DNA of 64,000 nt from an uncultured virus (IMG/VR IMGVR_UViG_3300038805_000284) (Duplodnaviria; Heunggongvirae; Uroviricota; Caudoviricetes): IMG/VR virus record IMGVR_UViG_3300038805_000284. One strand, given 5' to 3'. Both the position numbers and the translations under genes were made by a program. The notes under the pieces are model-generated. The model had not been told where the DNA came from, searched no databases, and worked only from the letters and a program-made list of their open reading frames with translations. Positions 38,928 to 50,000 of this stretch are shown here, in pieces. Positions within the stretch are counted from its first letter, which is position 1; each line of letters opens with the position of its first letter.

Positions 38928-39095
38928 TCAGAATTCTCCCTTTTGTCTCATGTCATTCAGCACTTGAATGACAGATTCTCTGTCAAACCTTTCCCCAGCT
39001 ATAACAATAATATCAATATCATCAAAACCTTCATAAATCAATTCATCTATGAAGTATTTGATGTTTACGTAATTATTGTTGGTAAATTCTTGCAT
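38928..39095 (-). CDS. 55-aa acidic protein, copy 2
   Basis: MQEFTNNNYVNIKYFIDELIYEGFDDIDIIVIAGERFDRESVIQVLNDMRQKGEF, near-identical to 39817..39984. Differences are mostly synonymous. Confidence 0.65.
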   Translation of the reverse strand: MQEFTNNNYVNIKYFIDELIYEGFDDIDIIVIAGERFDRESVIQVLNDMRQKGEF

Positions 39096-39772
39096 TAGAT
39101 GATTCTAAAGACGTGACCGTTTTCTTCAAAATAGTCGTACCTTAAATCTCTACCGAAAAGCTTATAGTCGAAGTATAGATCTATGATTCCCTCTTCACCA
39201 AAATCATCTACATATTCTTTTGCATAATCTTCTGGGTTCATGCCTTCGGGGATTTCCCCATCCAAGTTCAGATCATAACCCAACTGTTTATAGTCTATGT
39301 AATAGAGGGCAGAACTTCTGCCAACAGCGTTTATAGGCCCTCCTAGATCATCTACAAGGTACCTTCCGTAATCCTCTAAATCATCAAACCTACCCCTGTA
39401 TGCTCTCTTGAAACCTTCTACCGCTCCATAGACATCATCTTTCATGGATATTCCTAATTTATTGACGTAAATATCAAGCGCTTCTTTATCATATTCGTCC
39501 ATACTTTCTGTGAGTTTCATGTACTCCCAAAATTCTTTACTAATCCAACTCTCACCTATGAAGTCATCTGGAATATGTTCCCAATCCTGGAACATTAATT
39601 CAGGATCACGTTCATCTGAATGGAAATCTATAGCATCCTCGTAAAAGTCATCTACGCCTACGTAATCCGTAAGGTCGAACCATTTACCTTTTAAAGATCC
39701 TTCATTGTATTTTCTGTATGTTCCTACGTAAATCTTAGGACTATCATCAAAGTATGCTTCTCTTTTTGTCAT
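39095..39772 (-). CDS. ardA: Antirestriction protein ArdA
   Basis: 'KIYVGTYRKYNEGSLKGKWFDLTDY....DFYE....H.DE.DPELMFQDWE.IP...YFDY..FGRDL...GHVF'. RBS GGAGG precedes the ATG at 39772. Confidence 0.92.
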   Translation of the reverse strand: MTKREAYFDDSPKIYVGTYRKYNEGSLKGKWFDLTDYVGVDDFYEDAIDFHSDERDPELMFQDWEHIPDDFIGESWISKEFWEYMKLTESMDEYDKEALDIYVNKLGISMKDDVYGAVEGFKRAYRGRFDDLEDYGRYLVDDLGGPINAVGRSSALYYIDYKQLGYDLNLDGEIPEGMNPEDYAKEYVDDFGEEGIIDLYFDYKLFGRDLRYDYFEENGHVFRII

Positions 39773-39816
39773 GAGTTTAACCCTCCTACGTTTTATCGTG
39801 TTTCCGTACACCACTT

Positions 39817-39984
39817 TCAGAATTCCCCCTTTTGTCTCATGTCATTCAGCACTTGAATGACCGATTCTCGGTCAAACCTTTCCCCGGCTATCACGATAAT
39901 ATCAATGTCATCAAAACCTTCATAGATCAACTCATCTATGAAGTACTTGATGTTTACGTAGCTATTGTTGGTAAGTTCTTGCAT
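39817..39984 (-). CDS. 55-aa acidic protein, copy 1
   Basis: Direct repeat of 38928..39095. Confidence 0.65.
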   Translation of the reverse strand: MQELTNNSYVNIKYFIDELIYEGFDDIDIIVIAGERFDRESVIQVLNDMRQKGEF

Positions 39985-39995
39985 TACAGAGTTTC

Positions 39996-41030
39996 TTAAA
40001 TTTTACGGAAAACGAACCCATCCACTTCATAGTAGTTATGTTCAAACTCACCGGCAAGGTAATCAAAATCGATATGACCCTTCCCTATCCAGTATTCAGG
40101 CCCCAACTCTTCTATGCGTTCTCTTGCATATTCTAATGAACTCATTCCTTCCGGTGCACCTTCCATACTGTCTAAATAATCTGCTACGCTGTCTTCATCT
40201 ACGCAGTCATAATCGTTTTCAATGTCATGGGTTCCGTTATCATTAACGTAACTAATAGCGTAATCTCGCATACTCTTGTATTCGCCTTCATAAGCTTCTT
40301 CAAAAGAAGAGAACAGGCTATCTTCTGAAAGCGGTATACCTTCCACAGAAGCATATAAAATTATTGCTTCCTGTTCTTCTGACTCCAGATCCTCTAAACC
40401 GTATAAAAAGTCCCAAAAAGAAGAATCTATACTTCCGTCCGATTCTATGAACACATTAGGTAAATCCCCATGATCTGTAATCTCCACATCTTCATATAGA
40501 GCGTATTTCCCAAATAATTTATCTATTTCCTCAGTCACCTCGTCAAAAGATCCGTAATCTGACAGTTTAATGTATTGCGGATCTTCGTACAGAGGGTGGT
40601 TTTTGTTGTAAGTCTCAACTTGAATTTCTATGTCATGATAAATGCTATCGTAATTAGGTAATTTGTAAGTTTTCTTCTTAAAGTTTTCAGATTTACGCCT
40701 CAACATATTGTCATACGTCCTTGTTCGGTTGCTTTGCAAGTAAAAATTGTTTACTAGATTTTGATCATCAACAGTCTCAACTCCGTCTGGTGTCTCGGCA
40801 TTCTGTTGATTTTTTGGCATGATGATTTTTTCAGTATTGGTAGGGTCTGCGTTGACCACTACGAATTCTTCACCCTGTTGGTTAAAAACGGATTGCCCTT
40901 GTTGCAACAAGCTGGGATCTAATTGATTTGAATTCGGATCAACGTTTTCCGTTTGGGCCATGAAGCCCCTGGCGATTTTGATTGCCAAAGGATCTGAAAT
41001 GACTGTTGAGGCTTTTTTTGAGTGTTCCAT
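39996..41030 (-). CDS. ArdA-like protein with ~110-aa N-terminal extension
   Basis: C-terminal two thirds 'IKLSDYGSFDE...FWDF...FEEAYEGEYKSMRDYA...IDFDYLA...YYEVDGFVFR' aligns by eye with ArdA. Confidence 0.75.
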   Translation of the reverse strand: MEHSKKASTVISDPLAIKIARGFMAQTENVDPNSNQLDPSLLQQGQSVFNQQGEEFVVVNADPTNTEKIIMPKNQQNAETPDGVETVDDQNLVNNFYLQSNRTRTYDNMLRRKSENFKKKTYKLPNYDSIYHDIEIQVETYNKNHPLYEDPQYIKLSDYGSFDEVTEEIDKLFGKYALYEDVEITDHGDLPNVFIESDGSIDSSFWDFLYGLEDLESEEQEAIILYASVEGIPLSEDSLFSSFEEAYEGEYKSMRDYAISYVNDNGTHDIENDYDCVDEDSVADYLDSMEGAPEGMSSLEYARERIEELGPEYWIGKGHIDFDYLAGEFEHNYYEVDGFVFRKI

Positions 41031-41222
41031 GATTTCAAATTATATCACAGGTGTTTACAAGAAGTTTAAATCAGATTAGTCATCTTCGTAATCGTCTTCG
41101 TAATCATCATCTCTTCTTTTTTTAATAATCCCCATATCAAGTAAGTATTCAATATCCTCACCTCTTCAGTGGGTTGTTAAATTGTCCTGAAAACTACGTT
41201 ACCACACTTTCTAACAATACTT

Positions 41223-42023
41223 TTAAGACTGTTTCTTAATAAATTCTTTCCACCAACCTGCAAGCATCAACGGGTATGCGTAATAATCATCAAAACCGTA
41301 CAGACCACAAGAAAAGAAGTCATGACATTCAATAACTACGTTTTTACCATTCTCTAAAATGCCTACGTCTAGTGTGTAGGCTATTGGCGCAGAAACGAAA
41401 GTATCGATACAGTTTTTAACAAAATTAATGTCAGGAACCTTAAAAAAGCAGCCACTATATCGCCTAATGTCCACAACTCGTTTATTAAAGATGAAAATTC
41501 TAAATTCAGCTACGATGTTTGCATAATCCGTTACTTGCCACTTCCCGTAAGGAACTGAAATCGAAGGACCGTTAATAGGATCTTTGTTTACGTAAATGTT
41601 CTTTACCCAAACATCCTTCGCGAACGTCTTAGGGCCTTCAACAATTCTCGGATTCAATCCGCTGATTTTATGCAATTCTAACGGGATATTTAACGGGTAT
41701 GGACGTTTCAATTTCAAAGTATCCATGAAATTGTAAACGTACTCCAATGTGCCAAAAGGTACGTGGTATAAAGGATCTACCGTGTAATCACAGTCAAAAA
41801 TGTTCCCGTACTCTTTTTGGAAAATTAACGGCGTAACAACTTCTGCATTCTTAGGATCTTCATCATGAAAAACAAAATCGTAAACATCATTTTCCGTGAA
41901 ATCTCGGTGAAACTCTACAGCACTTTTTAGTGCATATACCTCAGATTCAATACCTCTAACTTTTGTGGACAGGACAAAATTGGTTTTTTCTGTTGTAGGG
42001 ATTTTTCCGAACCAAATACGCAT
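41223..42023 (-). CDS. ATP-grasp domain protein (DUF4343-like)
   Basis: 'VPFGTLEYV...P.NIP.EL...WVK...EFRIFI....VVDIRRYSG...AYTLDVG....VVIECHDFFSCGLYG'. Confidence 0.8.
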   Translation of the reverse strand: MRIWFGKIPTTEKTNFVLSTKVRGIESEVYALKSAVEFHRDFTENDVYDFVFHDEDPKNAEVVTPLIFQKEYGNIFDCDYTVDPLYHVPFGTLEYVYNFMDTLKLKRPYPLNIPLELHKISGLNPRIVEGPKTFAKDVWVKNIYVNKDPINGPSISVPYGKWQVTDYANIVAEFRIFIFNKRVVDIRRYSGCFFKVPDINFVKNCIDTFVSAPIAYTLDVGILENGKNVVIECHDFFSCGLYGFDDYYAYPLMLAGWWKEFIKKQS

Positions 42024-42075
42024 GTTAGTTTTCCTTTCTTCTACGTTACAGTTCTACACTGTTTTTACTTAAAAT

Positions 42076-42609
42076 TCAATCAATTTCTTCACGTTTCTTT
42101 AGTTTTTCCCACATTTTGATGCGGTAATTGACAAGCCATTTAACACGTGACTTGTCACTCTTGCACTTGCCTGTTGCATACCTGGTCAAAGAACCTTCCC
42201 AAGATCCGCAAATATTGTAAGATTCTTGCAAAAATTTTGCACCACAATTCAACTGGCCTTGTCTGGTTTCCATATCACAACCACGTTTGGCCACACCGTG
42301 AATCTGCATGATACCTACTTCCCCCAATCCACCTCGGGCAGTTGTCCTTAACGTACTTTCGCAAAAGGCCATCGTAAGGATCAATTCAGGCTCTACATTT
42401 TCTGTACTGTTGGCAGCCCGTAGGATTTCCCTGGCAAGTTCGTCTGAATGTTCGCTTTCATTCATGGGGTGTCTAGGGTTGGTTTCTACCAGTGATCTGA
42501 TTTTGTCTGCTACATTGTTTAAGACGTCTTGATCTAAAACCTCAGAACCTTGTAAGGACATAGAAACCATAATGATTGTTGCAATAACTGTAAGTTTTAC
42601 GAATTTCAT
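42076..42609 (-). CDS. Lytic transglycosylase (SLT) with signal peptide; candidate endolysin
   Basis: 'LILTMAFCES', 'GEVGIMQI', 'GAKFL...LTRYATG' and a hydrophobic N-terminus. Confidence 0.8.
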   Translation of the reverse strand: MKFVKLTVIATIIMVSMSLQGSEVLDQDVLNNVADKIRSLVETNPRHPMNESEHSDELAREILRAANSTENVEPELILTMAFCESTLRTTARGGLGEVGIMQIHGVAKRGCDMETRQGQLNCGAKFLQESYNICGSWEGSLTRYATGKCKSDKSRVKWLVNYRIKMWEKLKKREEID

Positions 42610-42665
42610 AAAGCAATCTCCTTGATTTTTTGTTAAAACCTAAAAACAGCTGTAATATCAGATAC

Positions 42666-43217
42666 TTAGTTGACCATGGCTTCTACCGCTTTAAGAATGC
42701 GGTTTGATGTGACTGATTTTCTTTTGTCTGATTTGTGTTTTTCGACAAAGATTTCAGCAGCCTTTAGTAACTGGGGGGAAGGTTGGACGTGCTTCAACAA
42801 GTCTTCTGTAAACTTGTCTTCTGCTTTTGAGAAAGTAATTAACAACATTATTTTAATAACGCTTTCAGGAATGAATTCTAAGAGATCATCAAGAACATCT
42901 CGGGCATTGTAATCGATACAGGCATTGATTACATGCTTGGTATTACTTCTAGGATCCCTGTTTATCATTTCTAAAAGCATTCTTACGTTTTTCTTTTTTG
43001 CTGCTATCTTTGCAGCGGATTCGATTGTATTTGCGTTTTCAACTCGCATAAACAACCCTAAATCATTGTCCGTGTTTCGTTTCCATAAATCCAATACGCT
43101 GTCATAATCCGTTCCGAATTCCCAATGTCCACAATCTTTACAACGTATTTTCCAAAACTTCAAGCGCCCTTCTTGAGTCGCTGTGAAGTCACCGTTACAT
43201 TTTGGGCAGCGTTCCAT
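42666..43217 (-). CDS. Zn-ribbon protein (Lar-like N-terminus)
   Basis: CPKC...WKIRCKDCG...LWKR. Confidence 0.5.
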   Translation of the reverse strand: MERCPKCNGDFTATQEGRLKFWKIRCKDCGHWEFGTDYDSVLDLWKRNTDNDLGLFMRVENANTIESAAKIAAKKKNVRMLLEMINRDPRSNTKHVINACIDYNARDVLDDLLEFIPESVIKIMLLITFSKAEDKFTEDLLKHVQPSPQLLKAAEIFVEKHKSDKRKSVTSNRILKAVEAMVN

Positions 43218-43233
43218 GTTACGAATCCTTTCT

Positions 43234-43443
43234 TCAAATCATACAATGCAACGAAATTGCTGCAATTTGACGTATCCGATTATCGGATAATTTCAAAAAA
43301 TCTTTTTTTGCCGATAAGAACGAAAACGATTTACCGTCTTTAGAAAAATTTACGGTAATTTTGTCATTAAAATCGACAATACTTACGTAAGTGTCTTTGC
43401 ACGCCTTTTCAAATTGAAGTTTAATTCTGTCCAAGATAGCCAC
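43234..43443 (-). CDS. Hypothetical protein
   Basis: 69-aa ORF with RBS GAGG. Confidence 0.45.
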   Translation of the reverse strand: MAILDRIKLQFEKACKDTYVSIVDFNDKITVNFSKDGKSFSFLSAKKDFLKLSDNRIRQIAAISLHCMI

Positions 43444-43514
43444 CTCTTTTCAGTTCAACTGAATACATCTTACCATGATTGTTGTTGAAAATCAAGAGTT
43501 TTGAACGGTGAAGA

Positions 43515-44189
43515 TCAAGAAGATAGGATCTCAATATGTTCTAGGATGCTTTGTTTTTCGATTTCAATTTTCTCGGGATCTGGTTGTCTGAAAGTAATTC
43601 CGAATTGTTTGTCGGCATAATTGTCATTCACCAGGCCAATCAAAAACATGACAGAACCCTCAAAAACATCTTGGAAGCGATCTTGCATATTTTCAAGGCC
43701 CTTTAAAACTTTTTGGTACATCCCGTGTTCAATATCAGATTCAATTGTTTCAAGCATTTTTTCAGCTTGAAACAAGTATTTTTGATCACGTGTGAACAGG
43801 TAGTGATTTTCGTCAATTCCACTTTCTGTTTGAATCTCAATTGCGCGGTTATCGTGAGGTTTGCCGAATTCTTCTAAAATTCTTTGTTTTTCTTCTTCTG
43901 ATTGTTCATCTACTTCTGGTTCCAACTCTTGCGCCCTAAAGCGTCTAAACGGCCGTCTAAGGCGCTTAGCGGCTCGGTAAGGTGCATTCTCTATCATGTC
44001 GAGTTGGTTGCTCATAAAGGTGTTGCCGGACTCTTGCGCGTATGTGCGCAAAATATCGGCAATTTTTGAGAAATCGGCCGATAAACTGAAATTTTTCAAA
44101 GATCCGAAAACGCTTTCAACATCATTATTGTCCACGTAATCAAGTAATTGGTTCAGTAAATTGTTATCCAGGTCTGCAAATTTTAGCAT
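43515..44189 (-). CDS. Hypothetical protein with internal Arg-rich linker
   Basis: MLKFADL...RAAKRLRRPFRRFRAQ followed by an acidic domain. RBS GGAGG. Confidence 0.6.
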   Translation of the reverse strand: MLKFADLDNNLLNQLLDYVDNNDVESVFGSLKNFSLSADFSKIADILRTYAQESGNTFMSNQLDMIENAPYRAAKRLRRPFRRFRAQELEPEVDEQSEEEKQRILEEFGKPHDNRAIEIQTESGIDENHYLFTRDQKYLFQAEKMLETIESDIEHGMYQKVLKGLENMQDRFQDVFEGSVMFLIGLVNDNYADKQFGITFRQPDPEKIEIEKQSILEHIEILSS

Positions 44190-44270
44190 GAAGATACCTC
44201 CGGTATTTGTTGTATTTTACAACAAGTCTCGGAAGTTTTCTTAAGGAGGTGTTTTTTAGAGAATTGTAGA

Positions 44271-44627
44271 TTAAAATAAGGGTCTTTTAACAATTCTTGA
44301 AGCGCGAACTCTAACATGGGCTGTATATAATGTCCTTTCTCCGTTTTCCCACTCTTCTAGTTTATAATCTGCTGGTTTTTCGTTATTTTCATCTACAATA
44401 AATGACGTAACTAACTTTCCTTCAAAAATTTCATAACCCACTTCACTTAAGTCGTACCCAAAAACAACAAGCAATACATCCATCATCTCATCTATACTGT
44501 TGTATGTGTAAATATTTGGGATATCAATATCAAATGAATTTACGTGATCAAGTTCTCCCCGTTCAAAGTCAACCTCGTATACATCTACCCATACACTTTC
44601 CACTAAAATCTTTTCATCTCTTTCCAT
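44271..44627 (-). CDS. Acidic hypothetical protein
   Basis: 118 aa, RBS AGGAG. Confidence 0.6.
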   Translation of the reverse strand: MERDEKILVESVWVDVYEVDFERGELDHVNSFDIDIPNIYTYNSIDEMMDVLLVVFGYDLSEVGYEIFEGKLVTSFIVDENNEKPADYKLEEWENGERTLYTAHVRVRASRIVKRPLF

Positions 44628-44733
44628 ATCTAAAATCTCCTTTTAATGTTAAGAGTTAGGTACAGTATACCCCCCCCCTTAATAGGAACCTTAAGGGAAA
44701 ATCTTAATAATTGAAATTTTATAGAAAAATGAT

Positions 44734-44807
44734 TGAGCCTGTTCGGGATCGAACCGAAAACCATCCGGTTATGAGCCGGAAGCTCTAACCAATTGAGCTA
44801 CAGGCTC
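44734..44807 (-). tRNA. tRNA with CAT anticodon, most likely tRNA-Ile2 (lysidine type)
   Basis: GAGCCTGTAGCTCAATTGGTTAGAGCTTCCGGCTCATAACCGGATGGTTTTCGGTTCGATCCCGAACAGGCTCA. It has C4-G69/C5-G68 pairs and a CGGCTCATAACCG arm as in Ile2 tRNAs. Confidence 0.85.
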
Positions 44808-44811
44808 TTTA

Positions 44812-45400
44812 CTATCCCTTCTTAAGAGGGTATTTTGCTTCTTTTTCCAATCTTTCTGCAACCTCCCCGAAAGCCTCCATAAGCCTATCGGCAGTGTCAT
44901 ATGCAGTAACTACAGGGAATGTTAATATGTTTTCAGTACCTGCATCTGAACCATAATAAGCGTAGCAATTCCACTCACCATCATCTAACACTACTATAGC
45001 GAAACAGTCTTTCATGAAAGGTCTAATAGGGCGAATTTTGTTCATATGGTTTGTTATTTTGTTTGAAGAAGTATCGTTCACATTGCAACCGTAGCAACGT
45101 GCTTCCCATTTTCCTGTAGACGGCACTATAAAGAAGTACCTACTCGAACAATGTTTGCATTCTTTCAGGAACATACCCGTCACCTCTTTGCTTTGCAAGC
45201 CAATGCGAATATCGAATGTCTAATTCGTTCATTGTCGCTTGAATCAGTGCCAACTTATCTTCTGGCGCATACAAAAGCATGGACGTAAGAGACCTTATCA
45301 AGGCATCCCATTCCTTTTCAGTTATTTCAGGATCTCCCCTTTCCTGAAATACGTAGGAATCGTTTGCGTAAAGTTCCTTCATTGTGTCGGCATACGTCAT
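44812..45400 (-). CDS. Two hypothetical ORFs (44812-45198 Zn-ribbon; 45140-45400)
   Basis: CKHC...CYGC in the first. RBS AGGAG precedes 45400. Confidence 0.5.
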
Positions 45401-45473
45401 AGTAACTTCTCCTTACGTTAAGGCCTCAATTGTTCTTATTTTACAGGAAATAGGGAAGGATTACAAGGTAATT

Positions 45474-46334
45474 TTAAGAGTTTTCGCAGTTAGGGGAAAA
45501 GTACAAAGTTTCTCTAGGGTCTTTTTTGGACCAATGAATTTTCCGCCAACCTAATGGCAATAACGGTTCATATTCACCGTCAAAACCAGCCACAACAATC
45601 CTGTAATCACTTTTGTCACCGTTACCGATACACCAATCAAGCACGTCCTGTTGTGGGGTGTCTTGCTTTGCGTACAGGTACCCTCTATCCGTGTATGGAG
45701 GATCTAAGAAGAATCCGTAAATAGAAGATTTAACGTCCCGTTTTCTCTTTATATCTACAGCAAGCTTCCAATCCTGGCACAAGATTTCACACTTCAAAAG
45801 TCTATCCTTATAATATTTTATAAGTTCTCTCAGTTCCTGTTTGGCATGTTCTACGGATTCTTTTTCGTTGAAGGAAGTAATACTATGATATGTTCTGGTC
45901 ATCTTCAACATGCCTTTTGGCCGTATGGAATTGATACGATTAAAAGATCCCGACACTGCATAAAGCCACTTCGCAGCAGCTTCCGAATCATAATAATCAA
46001 TATCTTGCGCTAGTTTTTCCGCAACTTTTTGATTATCGCTGTCAAAGATTCTGCAAGCCGTGTAGTCAATGCTGCTACGCGGTCTTACAACCCAATCGAT
46101 AATTTTTTCAGGATCTTTTTGAACGGATCTCCAAAAATTAACCAAATTTCCGTTTAAATCGTTTAGGATGGCTGTTTGGGATTGCCAGTATGGCGACAAG
46201 AACCAAACATCCCCGGAACCAAAGAACGGTTCACAATAGTATGTGATACCCCCCCCCAGTTCCTTCCAAATGATGTCGGCAGCTAGCGCTTTGCCGCCAA
46301 TGTAATGAAATAATTTTTTAGGTCTTTTAATCAT
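45474..46334 (-). CDS. DNA adenine methyltransferase (D12/Dam-like)
   Basis: 'YIGGK', 'YCEPFFGSG', 'LNDLN', 'FLDPPY'. Confidence 0.9.
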   Translation of the reverse strand: MIKRPKKLFHYIGGKALAADIIWKELGGGITYYCEPFFGSGDVWFLSPYWQSQTAILNDLNGNLVNFWRSVQKDPEKIIDWVVRPRSSIDYTACRIFDSDNQKVAEKLAQDIDYYDSEAAAKWLYAVSGSFNRINSIRPKGMLKMTRTYHSITSFNEKESVEHAKQELRELIKYYKDRLLKCEILCQDWKLAVDIKRKRDVKSSIYGFFLDPPYTDRGYLYAKQDTPQQDVLDWCIGNGDKSDYRIVVAGFDGEYEPLLPLGWRKIHWSKKDPRETLYFSPNCENS

Positions 46335-46337
46335 AAT

Positions 46338-46715
46338 TCACCTTTTATAGACTTTTTTATTCCAAATTGCGAAATACAAACTTAATATGAATGAACACAG
46401 GTTGTAAAGTTCTCTTTCAGTAAATTCATCTTCATCTTTATCTAATATCGGCTTGTACAGCCATTTTTTATCAGACTTTCTAAATTCAACTGCCACATCT
46501 GTTTTTGGAAAGTATTTATTAAAGCTCAAATTTGATAACCACTTTGTTAAGTTTTCAGCCCTTTCATTGTGACAAATCGATACACAATTGCTGCAAACCA
46601 TTCCCCAAAAACTGTAAGGATCTTCTGAAATCTCTACATTATACAATGTATACTCAGTGCTTCCACAGTTTTTGCAGGGATCAAAATCAAAGTTTTCATA
46701 AAAGGAGGGTTTCAT
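46338..46715 (-). CDS. Zn-ribbon hypothetical protein
   Basis: PCKNCG...CSNC. Confidence 0.55.
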   Translation of the reverse strand: MKPSFYENFDFDPCKNCGSTEYTLYNVEISEDPYSFWGMVCSNCVSICHNERAENLTKWLSNLSFNKYFPKTDVAVEFRKSDKKWLYKPILDKDEDEFTERELYNLCSFILSLYFAIWNKKVYKR

Positions 46716-46958
46716 GGGAAAAGTTATTGGAAGGAGATACCTAAACTTCGTACTCGTGCTTATTCTTTTTAACGCTCAAAACAGATGCGTAAATACGTTG
46801 AGTAAACCAAACTTCGTTAAATATAGGGAACGCCACATTACAATACTCTAGATCATCTGCGTAAAGTTTGTAATACCATTCGTTTAGCAGTGGATGTTTT
46901 TTTGTATTTTTTAACATTGTGTTAAATGCCTTTCTCGCTAAATTTCTTTTTAGCGTTA

Positions 46959-47043
<85 letters not shown>

Positions 47044-47049
47044 TAAATT

Positions 47050-50000
47050 TCAAAGTTCAATATCAGAGTTCAGAAGTGAAAGGATGTCATACCCTTCTCT
47101 TTCAACAACTTTCTTGCCATCCTCTGTGTTTAGGATCATCATAACTTTCCACTTTTGATCTTCTTCTTTCACTCCGAAAATCTCTCTTTCCAGGTTAACA
47201 TGGGTTATGTAATGTTTATCTAAAAAAAATTTTTCTACAACATCCAATACAGGATCGTCATACAGGCTTCCGCATTCGTCGCAGATTGCGACAACTTTTT
47301 TGCGATACCTTCGGACAAATATGGACCTACTAGCGCATTCAGGACATAATTTCATGAAAACTTCTCCTTTGAAGGGTAAAAACCATACAGTACCTTACCA
47401 CAAGTATTTCATACTGTAAATACGTAAAATGACTTTTTTAAATTTTAGCCATTTTTAAAGACTTTTTCAGCGATTCTATCAGTTTTGTAAGGCTTTTTGC
47501 GGATTTTGTAAAGTGCTTGTAGTCCATTTCAATCCCTGAATTCGAAACTAGGGTAAATACCTCGGAAAGTTCTAATGAAATATTTTCAAGTTTTGACAAG
47601 GACTTATTGATATTTTTGTTGTCGTACATTTATCCCTTTCAATCCGGTGCATTGTCAATTGAGTGTTTTTTTATTTACTGCCCTCTTATATTTATAAGTC
47701 TCTACTTTCCCTTTCCCTTTAGGCCAACTATATGCCATCAATCTCGCATCCCTTCTTGCGGCTTTAAAAGAATTTAACCATGGAGAACTTTCCACGATCT
47801 CATTATCTACATAAACATGAGCCCTGTACATTACCATTTCCTCAGTCATAGGTGCATCCTTCCTTCTACTACAAATTTCGTCTCTTCATGTATGCTTTCC
47901 ATTTTTCGAAAAGATTCTCTTTTTTCATCTTCTGAAACATCAACCCCAAACAACGAAGCATACATTAGAGTTTCTTGATATTTGTGCAAAGAATACAATA
48001 AAGCATCGGCAGATAAATAGCCGTAAGATATTGAAGTTTTTCCAATATATGCGCGGAATTTCCAAACACCGTTTTCATTCTTGAAAGCAACAATAAATGA
48101 TATTTTTGCATCCCTGGCTTTTGTGAAAATTTTCCTTAACGTCTTGCTTTGATGCCTCTTTCCGCAATGGTGGCAAAAGAAACCTTTACTTGGTCCACGT
48201 TTTCCTTTTGTAGTTTTTTTAATGGAAATGTTGTTAGCAACAAAATGATTTGAACCGCAATCTTTACACGGCTTAATAAGCTTAGTCGAGAAGTTTAAGT
48301 TTACCCCGGACACTTCTACGATTCCATACTCCGCACCATGCTTTTTAATTAGCCTCTTCAACGCCTTAGACGCACTTTCTCTTGCCTTATAATTGAAAGT
48401 ACAACTAATTGGGTGACCGTTGTCGCTGTAGGCGATTCCACGCCATTTTAGGCCAGTTTCGTTAACCGTCATGTTACTCTTCCCTTTCTAAAATTCCGTA
48501 CAAAGAATCAATTATTTCGTAAACATCTCCACTCAACTAAAAATGAAGTTTACAGGGACTATTTTACAGGAAATTGTTCAGGAAGTCAATAGAAAAGCTA
48601 CTCTAAGAGGAAATCTGTGCAGTCCCCATGTCGAAGGATAAGCCGAAATTCGTTGATCATGGATTTTGCTAGAGTTTCCAGGCTGTAAGCCTCATCTGTG
48701 CTTTTGAAAAGATCTCTTGAGTAATCACGTGTTAAACTACTCAACAGGACTCGCTTTGTTGTTTCGCGGCCATTCATAAATTCTTTTCGGTACAGCTTAA
48801 GTTTGCCAAGATTCATTACGTGTATGCTGTGCATCTCCACAAAGTCTTGAGACTCTTTACGAAACTTTAACATACTTTCATCAAACTCATTATCGTCTAA
48901 TGTGAACATTTCAGGTTTTGTTTTTGTGTTTTTGTTCATTCTCGTTTGTCTCCTTTCTGCCCCAATCCCTTACGTCCCGTATGTTTATTGACTTGTATGA
49001 TTTTTTCGGCTCATTAAAGTATTTGAGTAAAACACTCCTGTAAACCTCTTCTTTAGCTTTATCAGGTAAAGTTTCAAATACTTCATACGGAACTTCGCTT
49101 AGTCTTTTTATGATGAACTCTATAAAACTTTCGTTAACCTCTCTGTAATGGAATCCTCTTAAGTTTAAAATATCGTCAAATAAGAACCTGCTAATATGGG
49201 ATTGGAATATGTTTCCGAATTCGATAGGTTCTAAACTTTTGTCGAAAAATTGCCAGTAAACCGATACTGTTTCAGCTTCACCGAATACTTCAATAGTTGT
49301 TGAAATGTTCGAAAATACAGGTTTTGATGATTCTCTTATGGCATTCAGTACGTCTAGGCAATCCTTATGCCAAACGTACGCGACAGGCTCTCCACAATTA
49401 CCGCATGTGCAAGTAGGTTTATCGTGAACATTCCTAAATCGAAATATTCTCGACTTATTGCAATGATTGCACTGCAATTTTTTACTACTCATTTTTCTGC
49501 CTCCAACTGTACGGGTCTAGTACGCATGATTCTAACTCCCATATTAAATGTCTTGCGTCACGAACCGTAAAGGTAATTTCAGGATACTTTTTAAAGGTGA
49601 CGGTAACTTCAAACGATTTGTTTGGGCATACGATACGTAATAGGGTTCTAAGAAAATGAGGCTTTATTCGAACAGAGACAATGTTATGATCTAAGCTTTT
49701 CTCAAGAGGCTCCGTTAGCTTGTTGATCAAGTCCCCAAAGATCCTACGCCTGCAATTCGGGCATACTGCAAGCCAATCGTTTATGTACGAAACTTTCAGG
49801 GTAATTCCTTTTGAGCCGCATTTGCATTTAATGTCGCTTAATTCATCCATTATCATAATTCCCGTTCAGTATTTTGGGAAAGCTTCATGTAATTTTTCTC
49901 CCTTTCCCACATAGATTCTTGAGAAATAACTTCTGGATTTCCATCCGGCTTATATGCTTCTAAGACATTCTTAACAATACGATTCACAGAAGTAACAGGG

